Part shown: positions 28,381 through 42,917 of the stretch, piece after piece | Position numbering within the stretch: the stretch's first letter is position 1 | Layout of the letters: each line of letters begins with the position of its first letter | Origin: Pecten maximus | Taxonomy: Eukaryota | NCBI RefSeq assembly: GCF_902652985.1 | Contig: NC_047025.1 | Location: 12,090,001-12,154,000 of the forward strand | DNA: 64,000 nt | Direction: 5' to 3' | Notes under the pieces: model-generated | What the model was told of the DNA's origin: nothing | Seen by the model: the letters and a program-made list of their open reading frames with translations, nothing else | Database searches by the model: none | Translations under genes and position numbers: made by a program

Positions 28381-29069
28381 ATTTTCCATGGTATATAACA
28401 TGTTAAACGATGGATTATATATATAACATATATAAATAGTTATGAAACTATATAATCAATGATGCTACTGGCCGTTTGAACATGGCGCTACGTGAAGGTT
28501 TAATTTGTATAATCTTTTGATGGATATGGAATATAAACAATGATTAACATGTATATATGAAAGTGGCGTGCGTCCATACACAGAATTAGATGTACAGACT
28601 GGATGATCGTCCTTGACACTTGAAAACTTTGAACAAATGAGGTCGTTGGAAATTTTGTTTCATATGAATTTGACAGCAAGAAGAATTCTTGCACTACAAT
28701 AAAAGTTTAGTGGAGTAAGTGAAGAGATTTTTGTGTAATGGATACTCCTGTAAGCGTCGGCTTGGATGTATATATATTTGTCATTATAAAGTCCCACTCT
28801 GTTTTCGCGTGGTATTGAGATTCTGTATACGCCAAGTGAGAAACTATTGTACATCCCGTCGGCTCTTAATATTTCATCATTGTTAGTCAATGTGATGTTT
28901 GTTATATGAATTGATATAAAAACGCTTGGACTTTTCTTTTACTTATTTGCATCCCACACAGTTTGCAACAATTGCCATGGGGCCATTTTACATCCAAAAG
29001 GAGAATGTTTAGACCATGTAAAGCAAAGGCAGAACCAGATGTTAACTCCCTAGGAACAGTTTAATATTA

Positions 29070-32000
29070 TGTCTGTACTATACTGTGGCTGTGCCCTAGA
29101 TCCGTTACTATACTGTGGCCGTGCCCTAGATCCGTTACTATACTGTGGCCGTGCCGTACATCCGTTACTATATTATGGCCGTGCCCTAGATCCATTACTA
29201 TACTATGGCCGTGCCCTAGATCCGTTACTATACTATGGCCGTGCCCTAGATCCGTTACTATACTGTGGCCGTGTCCTAGATCAATTACTATACTGTGGCC
29301 GTACCCTATATCCGTTACTATACTATGGCCGTGCCCTAGATCCGTTACTATACTGTGGCCGTGCCCTAGATCCGTTAATATACTGTGCCCTAGATCCGTT
29401 ACAATACTGTACCCTAGATCCGTTACTATAGTATGGCCGTGCCCTAGATCCGTTATTATGCTGTGGCCGTGCCCTAGATCCGTTACTATAGTATGGCCGT
29501 GCCCTAGATCCGTTACTATAACGTGGCCGTGCCCTAGATCCGTTATTATAGTATGGCCGTGCCCTAGACCCGTTAATATACTGTGGCTGTGCCCTAGATC
29601 CGTTATTATACTGTGGCCGTGCCCTAGATCCGTTACAATACTGTGCCCTAAATACGTTACTATAGTATGGCCGTGCCCTGGATCCTTTAATATACTGTGG
29701 CCGTGCCCTAGATCCGTTAATATACTGTGGCCGTACCCTAGATCCGTTACAATACTGTTCCCTAGATACGTTACTATAGTATGGCCGTGCCCTAGATCCG
29801 TTAATATACTGTGGCCGTGCCCTAGATCTGTTAATATACTGTGGCTGTGCCCTAGATCCGTTAATATACTGTGGCCGTACCCTAGATCCGTTACTATACT
29901 GTGGCCGTACCCTATATATGGTACTATACTATGGTCGTACCATAGATCCGTTACTATATTATGGCCGTGCCCTAGATCCGTTACTATACTATGGCCGTGC
30001 CCTACATCCATTACTATATTATGGCCGTGCCCTAGATCCGTTACTATACTATGGCCGTGCCCTAGATCCGTTACTATACTGTGGCCGTGCCCTAGATCAA
30101 TTACTATACTGTGGCTGTACCCTATATCCGTTACTATACTATGGCCGTGCCCTAGATCCGTTACTATACTGTGGCCTGCCCTAGATCCGTTAATATACTG
30201 TGCCCTAGATCCGTTACTATAGTATGGCCGTGCCCTAGATCCGTTACTATAACGTGGCCGTGCCGTACATCCGTTACTATATTATGGCCGTGCCCTAGAT
30301 CCATTACTATACTATGGCCGTGCCCTAGATCCGTTACTATACTATGGCCGTGCCCTAGATCCGTTACTATACTGTGGCCGTGCCCTAGATCAATTACTAT
30401 ACTGTGGCCGTACCCTATATCCGTTACTATACTATGGCCGTGCCCTAGATCCGTTACTATACTGTGGCCGTGCCCTAGATCCGTTAATATACTGTGCCCT
30501 AGATCCGTTACAATACTGTACCCTAGATCCGTTACTATAGTATGGCCGTGCCCTAGATCCGTTATTATGCTGTGGCCGTGCCCTAGATCCGTTACTATAG
30601 TATGGCCGTGCCCTAGATCCGTTACTATAACGTGGCCCTGCCCTAGATCCGTTATTATAGTATGGCCGTGCCCTAGACCCGTTAATATACTGTGGCTGTG
30701 CCCTAGATCCGTTATTATACTGTGGCCGTGCCCTAGATCCGTTACAATACTGTGCCCTAAATACGTTACTATAGTATGGCCGTGCCCTGGATCCTTTAAT
30801 ATACTGTGGCCGTGCCCTAAATCCGTTAATATACTGTGGCCGTACCCTAGATCCGTTACAATACTGTTCCCTAGATACGTTACTATAGTATGGCCGTGCC
30901 CTAGATCCGTTAATATACTGTGGCCGTGCCCTAGATCTGTTAATATACTGTGGCTGTGCCCTAGATCCGTTAATATACTGTGGCCGTACCCTAGATCCGT
31001 TACTATACTGTGGCCGTACCCTATATATGGTACTATACTATGGTCGTACCATAGATCCGTTACTATATTATGGCCGTGCCCTAGATCCGTTACTATACTA
31101 TGGCCGTGCCCTACATCCATTACTATATTATGGCCGTGCCCTAGATCCGTTACTATACTATGGCCGTGCCCTAGATCCGTTACTATACTGTGGCCGTGCC
31201 CTAGATCAATTACTATACTGTGGCTGTACCCTATATCCGTTACTATACTATGGCCGTGCCCTAGATCCGTTACTATACTGTGGCCTGCCCTAGATCCGTT
31301 AATATACTGTGCCCTAGATCCGTTACTATAGTATGGCCGTGCCCTAGATCCGTTACTATAACGTGGCCGTGCCCTAGATCCGTTACTATACTGTGGCCGT
31401 GCCCTAGATCCGTTAATATACTGTGCCCTAGATCCGTTACAATACTGTACCCTAGATCCGTTACTATAGTATGGCCGTGCCCTAGATCCGTTACTATAAC
31501 GTGGCCGTGCCCTAGATCCGTTATTATAGTATGGCCGTGCCCTAGACCCGTTAATATACTGTGGCTGTGCCCTAGATCCGTTATTATACTGTGGCCGTGC
31601 CCTAGATCCGTTACAATACTGTGCCCTTAATACGTTACTATAGTATGGCCGTGCCCTGGATCCTTTAATATACTGTGGCCGTGCCCTAGATCCGTTAATA
31701 TACTGTGGCCGTACCCTAGATCCGTTACAATACTGTTCCCTAGATACGTTACTATAGTATGGCCGTGCCCTAGATCCGTTAATATACTGTGGCCGTGCCC
31801 TACATCTGTTAATATACTGTGGCTGTGCCCTAGATCCGTTAATATACTGTGGCCGTACCCTAGATCCGTTACTATACTGTGGCCGTACCCTAGATATGGT
31901 ACTATACTATGGTCGTACCATAGATCCGTTACTATATTATGGCCGTGCCCTAGATCCGTTACTATACTATGGCCGTGCCCTACATCCGTTACTATATTAT

Positions 32001-35000
32001 GGCCGTGCCCTAGATCCGTTACTATACTATGGCCGTGCCCTAGATCCGTTACTATACTGTGGCCGTGCCCTAGATCAATTACTATACTGTGGCCGTACCC
32101 TATATCCGTTACTATACTATGGCCGTGCCCTAGATCCGTTACTATACTGTGGCCGTGCCCTAGATCCGTTAATATACTGTGCCCTAGATCCGTTACTATA
32201 ACGTGGCCGTGCCCTAGATCCGTTATTATAGTATGGCCGTGCCCTAGACCCGTTAATATACTGTGGCTGTGCCCTAGATCCGTTATTATACTGTGGCCGT
32301 GCCCTAGATCCGTTACAATACTGTGCCCTAAATACGTTACTATAGTATGGCCGTGCCCTGGATCCGTTAATATACTGTGGCCGTGCCCTAGATCCGTTAA
32401 TATACTGTGGCCGTACCCTAGATCCGTTACTATACTGTGGCCGTACCCTAGATATGGTACTATACTATGGTCGTACCATAGATCCGTTACTATATTATGG
32501 CCGTGCCCTAGATCCGTTACTATACTATGGCCGTGCCCTACATCCGTTACTATATTATGGCCGTGCCCTAGATCCGTTACTATACTATGGCCGTGCCCTA
32601 GATCCGTTACTATATTATGGCCGTGCCCTAGATCCGTTACTATACTATGGTCGTGCCCTAGATCCGTTACTATACTGTGGCCGTGCCCTAGATCAATTAC
32701 TATACTGTGGCTGTACCCTAGATCCGTTACTATACTATGTCCGTGCCCTAGATCCGTTACTATACTGTGGCCGTGCCCTAGATCCGTTAATATACTGTGC
32801 CCTAGATCCGTTACAATACTGTACCCCAGATCCGTTACTATAGTATGGCCGTGCCCTAGATCCATTACTATAACGTGGCCGTGCCCTAAATCCGTTACTA
32901 TACTGTGGCCGTGCCCTAGATCAGTTATTATACTGTGGCCTAGATCCGTTATTATAGTATGGCCGTGCCCTAGATCCGTTAATATACTGTGGCTGTGCCC
33001 TAGATCCGTTACTATACTGTGGCCGTGCCCTAGATCCGTTAATATACTGTGCCCTAGATCCGTTACAATACTGTACCCTAGATCCGTTACTATAGTATGG
33101 CCGTGCCCTAGATCCGTTACTATAACGTGGCCGTGCCCTAGATCCGTTATTATAGTATGGCCGTGCCCTAGACCCGTTAATATACTGTGGCTGTGCCCTA
33201 GATCCGTTATTATACTGTGGCCGTGCCCTAGATCCGTTACAATACTGTGCCCTAAATACGTTACTATAGTATGGCCGTGCCCTGGATCCTTTAATATACT
33301 GTGGCCGTGCCCTAGATCCGTTACTATAGTATGGCCGTGCCCTAGATCCGTTACTATAACGTGGCCGTGCCCTAGATCCGTTACTATACTGTGGCCGTGC
33401 CCTAGATCCGTTAATATACTGTGCCCTAGATCCGTTACAATACTGTACCCTAGATCCGTTACTATAGTATGGCCGTGCCCTAGATCCGTTACTATAACGT
33501 GGCCGTGCCCTAGATCCGTTATTATAGTATGGCCGTGCCCTAGACCCGTTAATATACTGTGGCTGTGCCCTAGATCCGTTATTATACTGTGGCCGTGCCC
33601 TAGATCCGTTACAATACTGTGCCCTTAATACGTTACTATAGTATGGCCGTGCCCTGGATCCTTTAATATACTGTGGCCGTGCCCTAGATCCGTTAATATA
33701 CTGTGGCCGTACCCTAGATCCGTTACAATACTGTTCCCTAGATACGTTACTATAGTATGGCCGTGCCCTAGATCCGTTAATATACTGTGGCCGTGCCCTA
33801 CATCTGTTAATATACTGTGGCTGTGCCCTAGATCCGTTAATATACTGTGGCCGTACCCTAGATCCGTTACTATACTGTGGCCGTACCCTAGATATGGTAC
33901 TATACTATGGTCGTACCATAGATCCGTTACTATATTATGGCCGTGCCCTAGATCCGTTACTATACTATGGCCGTGCCCTACATCCGTTACTATATTATGG
34001 CCGTGCCCTAGATCCGTTACTATACTATGGCCGTGCCCTAGATCCGTTACTATACTGTGGCCGTGCCCTAGATCAATTACTATACTGTGGCCGTACCCTA
34101 TATCCGTTACTATACTATGGCCGTGCCCTAGATCCGTTACTATACTGTGGCCGTGCCCTAGATCCGTTAATATACTGTGCCCTAGATCCGTTACTATAAC
34201 GTGGCCGTGCCCTAGATCCGTTATTATAGTATGGCCGTGCCCTAGACCCGTTAATATACTGTGGCTGTGCCCTAGATCCGTTATTATACTGTGGCCGTGC
34301 CCTAGATCCGTTACAATACTGTGCCCTAAATACGTTACTATAGTATGGCCGTGCCCTGGATCCGTTAATATACTGTGGCCGTGCCCTAGATCCGTTAATA
34401 TACTGTGGCCGTACCCTAGATCCGTTACTATACTGTGGCCGTACCCTAGATATGGTACTATACTATGGTCGTACCATAGATCCGTTACTATATTATGGCC
34501 GTGCCCTAGATCCGTTACTATACTATGGCCGTGCCCTACATCCGTTACTATATTATGGCCGTGCCCTAGATCCGTTACTATACTATGGCCGTGCCCTAGA
34601 TCCGTTACTATATTATGGCCGTGCCCTAGATCCGTTACTATACTATGGTCGTGCCCTAGATCCGTTACTATACTGTGGCCGTGCCCTAGATCAATTACTA
34701 TACTGTGGCTGTACCCTAGATCCGTTACTATACTATGGCCGTGCCCTAGATCCGTTACTATACTGTGGCCGTGCCCTAGATCCGTTAATATACTGTGCCC
34801 TAGATCCGTTACAATACTGTACCCCAGATCCGTTACTATAGTATGGCCGTGCCCTAGATCCATTACTATAACGTGGCCGTGCCCTAAATCCGTTACTATA
34901 CTGTGGCCGTGCCCTAGATCAGTTATTATACTGTGGCCTAGATCCGTTATTATAGTATGGCCGTGCCCTAGATCCGTTAATATACTGTGGCTGTGCCCTA

Positions 35001-38000
35001 GATCCGTTACTATACTGTGGCCGTGCCCTAGATCCGTTAATATACTGTGCCCTAGATCCGTTACAATACTGTACCTAGATCCGTTACTATAGTATGGCCG
35101 TGCCCTAGATCCGTTACTATAACGTGGCCGTGCCCTAGATCCGTTATTATAGTATGGCCGTGCCCTAGACCCGTTAATATACTGTGGCTGTGCCCTAGAT
35201 CCGTTATTATACTGTGGCCGTGCCCTAGATCCGTTACAATACTGTGCCCTAAATACGTTACTATAGTATGGCCGTGCCCTGGATCCTTTAATATACTGTG
35301 GCCGTGCCCTAGATCCGTTAATATACTGTGGCCGTACCCTAGATCCGTTACAATACTGTTCCCTAGATACGTTACTATAGTATGGCCGTACCCTAGATCC
35401 GTTACAATACTGTGGTCGTGCCCTAGATCCGTTACTATACTGTGGCCGTGCCCTAGATCCGTTACTATACTGTGGCCGTGCCCTAGATCCGTTAATATAC
35501 TGAGGCCGTACCCTAGATACGTTACTATAGTATGGCCGTGCCCTAGATCCGTTACTATACTGTGGCCGTGCCCTAGATCCGTTACTATACTGTGGTCGTG
35601 CCCTAGATCCGTTAATATACTGTGGCCGTGCCCTAGATCCGTTTCTATACTGTGGCCGTGTCCTAGATCCGTTACTATATTATGGCCGTGCCCTGGATCC
35701 GTTACTATAATATGGCCGTGCCCTGGATCCGTTACTATACTGTAGCCGTGCCCTAGATCTGTTACTATACTATGGTCGTACCCTAGATCCGTTCCTATAC
35801 TGTGGTCGTGCCCTAGATCCGTTAATATACTGTGGCCGTGCCCTAGATCCGTTAATATACTGTGGCCGTGCCCTAGATCCGTTACTATACTGTGGCCGTG
35901 CCCTAGATACGTTAATATACTGTGGCCGTACCCTAGATCCGTTACTATACTGTGGTCGTGCCCTAGATCCGTTAATATACTGTGGCCGTGCCCTAGATCC
36001 GTTAATATACTGTGGCCGTTTCCTAGATCCGTTATTATATTATGGCCGTGCCCTGGATCCGTTACTATACTGTGGCCGTGCCCTAGATCCGTTAATATAC
36101 TGTTGCCGTGCCCTAGATCCGTTACTATATTATGGCCGTGCCCTGGATCCGTTACTATATTGTGGCCGTGCCCTAGATCCGTTACTATACTGTGGCCGTG
36201 CCCTAGATCCGTTACTATACTGTGGCCGTGCCCTTAATGTAAACTTTATTTTATTCATTCATTGGTAACACATGAAAAGTAGACACAATCAGAAAAAAAA
36301 TACAGCATGAAATGGATTCAGAAACAAGTTTTTTAAAAACTTATATTAATCCGTCTCCGTTAATGACTCATCAATTTAACATGGTAACAAAGTGGGAGAA
36401 TGAATATGAATATTGAAATAACTCTATATTGGAAAGAGACAGGTAGTGGGAAATGATAAGATGAGAAGGGAAAGAGAAAGAGGGAGACTGCCGATACCAT
36501 TGTTCATTTAAAAAGAACTGCATGCTGATACAACTGTGAAAACGATAAATACAGAGTTGAAACGTGGAATTAATCGAATCTCTTGGAGCTGATAATGAAT
36601 TGTTGCACACATTTAAAAATCAAGGAATTTTCGTCAAAAGTTAAGTTGTTGCTGCCAAAAAGTAATATTTCTGTCGAAATAGGATGATTTAGGGCAAAGA
36701 GGGAACGATTTCGAAGGTCGGAAAAAAAGTCTACAATGTAATAAAAAATGTTCGTTAGTTTCATCAACTTGACAGTAGGAGCAAAGTGGACTATTTACCA
36801 GATTCCTACGAAACAAATAATATTTTAGTGAACTGCACTCCATCCTCAATCTTGCATGGTGAATCTGACCCAATCTACTGCCGATAAGAAAATATGGTGG
36901 GACTTTAAGATTTTGTGCGTTTAGATGATATTTTAGTTTTGTTATTGAGGGACTGGTTTTTATTCCATCAGGAAGTGCATTCCAAAGACTAATTACAGAT
37001 GGCAGAAAGGATTTCATGAAAAGGCTTGTGCGACCGGAAGGTGGACGGAAATTATTACCTAATCTAGTGTTATGATCATGAATATTATTATTTCGATGAG
37101 GAAGTAATTCTTGAAGATACTGGGGAAGGAAACCATGAACTATTTTATGAAAGTGGATAATCTTGTGATGTTTGCGTCTTTGTTCTAGTGGAAGCCAGCC
37201 TGTTTCAAGATAAAGTTTTACCCTACTAGTAAGTCTAGTTCCACCAGTAACAATCCTTGCTGCTTCTAATTGAAGATCTTCTAATATGTCTGATTGGGCT
37301 TTGGAGAGATTGTCCCAGATTATGTCTCCATATTCAAAAATTGGACGAATCATAGAAAAATACAGAGTTTGAAGTGATGCACGATCTAAAGTAAACTTAA
37401 ATCTACGTAGCATATTTAATTTGGGTGAAATTTTAGATTTTAGAAAATTTATGTGAACCGTCCACCCACCATTTTCCGAAAGAAATAAACCAAGATGTTT
37501 ATGTGAGGTAACAGCAGTAAGTAAGGTATTAGTCATAGTTAATGGAGGATGTAGTGGGTTATTTGTCTTTTAGATATTAATAAGGTTTCAGTTTTTGCAG
37601 GATTAAATTTAACCAACCACTTAGATGACCATTCATGAATCTTATTTAAATCGTGATTTAAAATATCTGTAGTGTTTCTAACTGTATCGACAATGACGTA
37701 TAAGGATGTATCGTCTGCAAATAACTTTATATTAGCTCTTATGTCTTCCACAATATCGTTAATGAATATTAAAAACAACAACGGGCCAAGAATTGAACCT
37801 TGGGGAACTCCGGCTTTTACATTTGACCAATTAGAGAATTTACCATTAATTACTACTCTTTGTTTTCGATGAAGAAGATAATTTTTGAACCAATTTAGTA
37901 GAGAACCCCTTATCCCAATACATGACAATTTACATAAAAGTCCCTTATGCCAAACACGATCGAATGCTTATGTCGAGTGTTCAGCTTCCGTGCCCTTGAT

Positions 38001-38365
38001 CCGTTATTATAACATGGCCGTGCCCTGGAGCCGTTACTATACTGTGACCGTGCCCTAGATCCGTTACAATACTGTGACCGTGCCCTAGATCCGTTAATAT
38101 ACTGTGGCCGTGCCCTAGATCCGTTATTATAACATGGCCGTGCCCTAGATCCGTTATTATAACATGGCCGTACCCTAGATCCGTTTCTATACTGTGGCCG
38201 TACCCTAGATCCGTTACTATAGTGTGGCCGTGGCCTAGATCCGTTATTATAACATGGCCGTACCCTAGATCCGTTTACTATACTGTGGCCGTACCCTAGA
38301 TCCGTTACTATAGTATGGCCGTGGCCTAGATCCGTTATTATGCTGTGGCCGTGCCCTAGATCCGT
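29070..38365. repeat. 30-bp minisatellite array (roughly 250 units, with 24-bp deletion variants), interrupted by a LINE at 36236-37987
   Basis: Consensus CCGTTACTATACTGTGGCCGTGCCCTAGAT. Higher-order periods of 1109 bp (29918 vs 31027) and 1998 bp (31627 vs 33625). Confidence 0.97.
36236..37987 (-). mobile_element. 5'-truncated CR1-type LINE inserted antisense in the minisatellite
   Basis: KAFDRVWHKG, GVPQGSILGP, FADDT and C-terminal CSYC...HFLLHC; frameshifted. 10-bp TSD CCGTGCCCTT at 36226-36235 and 37988-37997; the terminal T is a rare array variant, which supports a true TSD. Confidence 0.92.
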
Positions 38366-41300
38366 CCATGATTAAACCACATGTTCCAAGAATATTTTTC
38401 TCCAAAATTGCTATTCATTAAGAACTCGACAATACATGGACAAAACATTATTTTCATTTTTTTTAATGTCGCGAGTGTATTGTCATATGATACCACTACA
38501 TATGTGGTTTTTCATGCACCTTGGAACTACTGATTGATAAAACTAACATCACATATTGTGTTGTCGATGAAGCTGCATGCGCTTACCGTTTCGGAACAAG
38601 AAGTCTTACTCTCCTTGTACTTTTTAAACGGTCTTCATACAAGTCTAAGTTACTTGTCCGAACCCGTGGGTCATAGCCAACAATGGGCCAAAAATAACAA
38701 ATAATTTAAATTGGTATAACTTGTTTTGCTGTGAAATAAATGAAGTTTATATTTTACATACAAGTCCATATCGTTCGTATTTTATTATAATCGTTAATGA
38801 ATTTTGAGCAATAATTACATTTTTGAATGAATGTCAATATTATCTTTTTTAAACGAATTCGCGTATCGGATTTCCACAGGTTGCGTAGCTTAAAAGCAAC
38901 TGTTGTGACGATTTGCTTTGGCTAAATACCACAGGAAGCTAGTAAGAAATCAAAGTGAAAATTAATCCGAATTTTCGGTCCAATCCATTACATTGACCGC
39001 TTTGTTATTTGTCCAGTGGAGTCCCGGCTTAGAGTGTATGGATTAGGCTCAGTTGTGAATATCATGTGATCAATGCTTAAATATATATTTCATTGATCAT
39101 CATAATGTAGCTTTATAATTGCAGAAATTGTATCGACTGGTATTTATCACTCTTGTGACAATATACATGTACATCACTAAAACAGGCTAGGGCGAATTAC
39201 ATACATTAGAGTATATAGAATATCGACAAAGCACTAACGAGCATCATATTAATATGTTCGTGAAATTTCAAAACATTTTTATTCCGATAATGCTTTTAAC
39301 ACCATGTCACTATAAAAGGCAAATATATTCTGATTTTTCATTGATCAGATAAACAAGATATATATTTATACATCAAGAAATATTAACCTTTCCCATGAGT
39401 CGTTTACAAAGCACAAACAAAATCCTAGTATCCACTTAAGTAGCCATAATGGGTGTCCAGTTGACCTTGTGAATGAGCTTGTTGGTATATCGTTTGAAGA
39501 CTTCGACATGTTCATGCTAGCACACATCCTCCTGTCATTTCAAGGTAAGAAACTTTTGTTGTTTTTCTAAAATCAAAACAAATTATTGTAATATTGACAA
39601 TGATAAATTAGAACATGTGGATGTTTTTCATTTACGTTTATGATTTCTTCATTCGATAACATGGTTATTCGGTTTCTTTTCGGGATGTTTCAAATTTCCA
39701 AGAAATTGATCACATGTCGACTGTGACTGCAAGGAAATACACATTTATATAATATTGATATTAACAAATGATTTTAATTGACAAATGTGTTTTGCCTGAC
39801 AGTGTTTACGTGTGGTAGTAATATAGCAAGAAAAATTATCGCTATGTCAGGTTTTAATTGCATCATAAACAAATGACGTCACACGACAATTTTTAATATT
39901 TCTTGCCGAGTTTTTCATTATCATTTCGATATCTTTTGCACGAGAGGATGTTTTCAGCTATTGGTATAACATACATGTACACTATTATATAAAACATCCC
40001 TATCATGAGTCTTATTTCAAAGATGTAACGAGTTGAGCCTTTTATGGAGCAAAACTGAAGAAGTAAAAGAAACAATCGAAGGGAAACGAATGTGATATTC
40101 TATCTATCAGATGACTCATGATAGTTACCCTTGTCTTATTTTCTTTGTTAAACTGGTTGATAGCCCAACTGCTTTAGTATGTGCCATTTTCACCGCATCC
40201 CTTAAAACCAAGAGTTAAATTAATGTTGACATGGATGCACCAAACACTGCAATCGAACTGCGATTAATGGTGAGAGTCAAGGACTTTTTGCATGGTTTTG
40301 ACTCGTGTTACACGTAGGTGTTAATGAGAGTGCCAGCATATTGCTTTATGTCACAAACATAGATAGTTCCAACGCGTAGGAATATCGTTTACATAGAACT
40401 AATCAATCGCAACATATCTTGGTTATATAACTCGTATATTGTAAAGAGAATTATATAATGCCATCATAAAATGGTGAAACATGGCAGTCACATGATCAAA
40501 TTTGAAAATAAGGTCATACATATGCTGCTGCGGTTTATTGTTATTTGATGAATTTGGTTTGAATGTAATTATCGCCACGGTGAGAAGGAGGCATTCATTT
40601 TTTTCGAGGAAACTGTTTTTCAAAACAAAATAAGTTTTCCAACTGTCGATAGTAATATATACATTTTATAAGCATTTGGCTGTCGGTGTTTACATACGTG
40701 TTTGATTTCAATATACATGTATAACACTACATAAGCTTTTACAAGAAATGCCCCCTACCGACCAATCCTCTCTCCCCCCCCCCCCCCCCCCCCAAAAAAG
40801 AAGAAAAAAACAAATCATATCTACGTTTTGCCTTCGAGACTTTAACTTCGCTATTTTGATTCTGTTTACAATAGGTAGCCTACCATTTTGGTTATCATTT
40901 GGATGGTATTGATTAGACTAAAACATAACTCCACTGATAATCGGTTGTTCTGGTTCACTAGATATTGCTTATCATGGCCATTTTTATTTTAACTTTGCAT
41001 GAATTTATAGTTACCTAAAGCCTTTATGTATAATACCGCGCATAGCTTCTGAAGGCTTTAAGTTATGTTGTTACTCAATCTGTATGTAAAGTTTCAATTG
41101 GACAGTGTCTCTTTGACGTGTAGACATTACAGATATTGCTATTTGTATACCGCGCTGTGTCCTACAACTGTACCATGTTACTTTCACAGGTAGGTTGAAT
41201 TGGAAATAATTTTAAATTGAATCAAATTATTGTGATATTTCCCAGTGTCTTTGGCAAGTGGTCAAATGGTCCTTGAAAGAAACAGTGGACTTGAAAACTG

Positions 41301-42404
41301 GTTTCCAAACACATCTTTGACAACCGTTGGCGTAGTAAGATCAGTGATTGAGTGTGGCATATTGTGTAAAGAGGCCGCGTGTGTGTCCATTGTTTACGAG
41401 ACAATAGACAGGATCTGTCACCTCAACGATAGAATCAGTAACATATCTGAATGCTCATGGAAGCTGAACACTCGACATTACTCAGGTATCAAATGACATA
41501 CAAAACTTTTTCTTACCTATTGTTAATTACATGTTTATATATCATAATGATAGTAATACAATTTACGAATGTTAAACAGACGTGAGGTTAAGATTTCAAT
41601 TGGACGGTAAAATTTTGGCGTCAAAAACGACTTTTATACCATGTTTATCTAGTTTGTCACGAATTGCATTACAAGCCAAAAATTGTAGTGAAATAATATA
41701 TGAAAAATACTTGTTAAAGACTTTCATGTTGAATATTTTACAGTTTTTAGTGGAATCATCGAGGGATACGATTGTGTCGTATTTATTTTTAGATCAGATT
41801 TCTTTTGTATACTGCACAGTCGGTTGATTCTGTGTTTCAATGTCTTGCAACCTCGTCATAATGTCAGATGCTATATGGCTTACCTTTTGCGTTTTTTTTT
41901 GTTTTTTTTTTTGAGATTGTAATAATGTACATGAGAATCATGTTGTGAAACTATATGTCTCCGTAAAAACAACCGACAGTACAGTATTACAGATAACATA
42001 CCAATATATATTATGGTTATATTGTGACACGTACTGTACGTCACTATTGATGCTTGGTATACTAATATGTCTCACAATATATATGTCTCACAATATGTAT
42101 ACACTGTACACAGATATAAACCATAGTCTTTCGAGACTGTACTTATCCCCCAGGGAGGTTCAATGTATATGTATATAAATAAATGATATTTAAGTCCCTC
42201 CTACTAATCTCCCTGTTCGATTACCATATATATTCACATCGACATTCAGCTTGATACAAATATGTACCTTTGTAACGTAAGGTTCAACCCCCCCCCCCCC
42301 CCCCCCCCCCCCCGCCTCCCTCTTTTCTCTTTTTCTTTCGCTTGCATTTGTATAAGAGTGTAAATAATGCGCATAAATTTCATCCCACAATCTGCGTATA
42401 TATA

Positions 42405-42533
42405 CGGTCGAACCTGTCTATGAATGGATGGATCAAAGTGTCCTTTGTAGACGAGCCCCCTTTATATAAAAATAATTTATATATGACAAGTGTCTTTTAT
42501 ATATAGAGGTGTCTTTTATGGCAGGTTTGGCTG
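42405..42533. mobile_element. Degenerate Tc1/mariner-type MITE inside the LINE leader
   Basis: TA|CGGTCGAACCTGTC ... GGCAGGTTTGGCTG|TA; imperfect TIRs with TA flanks. Confidence 0.5.
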
Positions 42534-42917
42534 TACATACAGCTTGTTTAATTTTAAAAGTCATCAGTGTAATTATTATTGATGTCATGAGTTGTATACA
42601 TTTTGTATACTGTAAATGTCATATAAAATTATATAAACACGTATATAGACATATACAAATCCGCTACAAAATAAATCATACTGATACGTTGGTTGTTTTA
42701 CGAATTGCAAATAAGCATAGATTGATGGTGACTTTACGGGTTTCGTCTTGTATCCTTTTCATGTAGTAAGCATTTTCTAATATACATATTTTGACTCGCT
42801 ATTTTTTCACGTGTGGCTATTTAGCGTTGATTGACGTTGATTTTTCAAAGTTTGTCCTGTATTAGAGCCTTTTCATGTATTAGGCGTTATTGTAATATGC
42901 ATGCGTGTACACACGGT

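Noticed and set aside
29069-34841. Plus-strand ORFs (WPCPRSVTIL)n and (YGRALDPLLY)n
   Set aside because: By-products of a 30-bp repeat with few stop codons; several overlapping frames are open at once.
29070-38365. CRISPR array
   Set aside because: Head-to-tail repeats without unique spacers, no cas genes, eukaryotic context.
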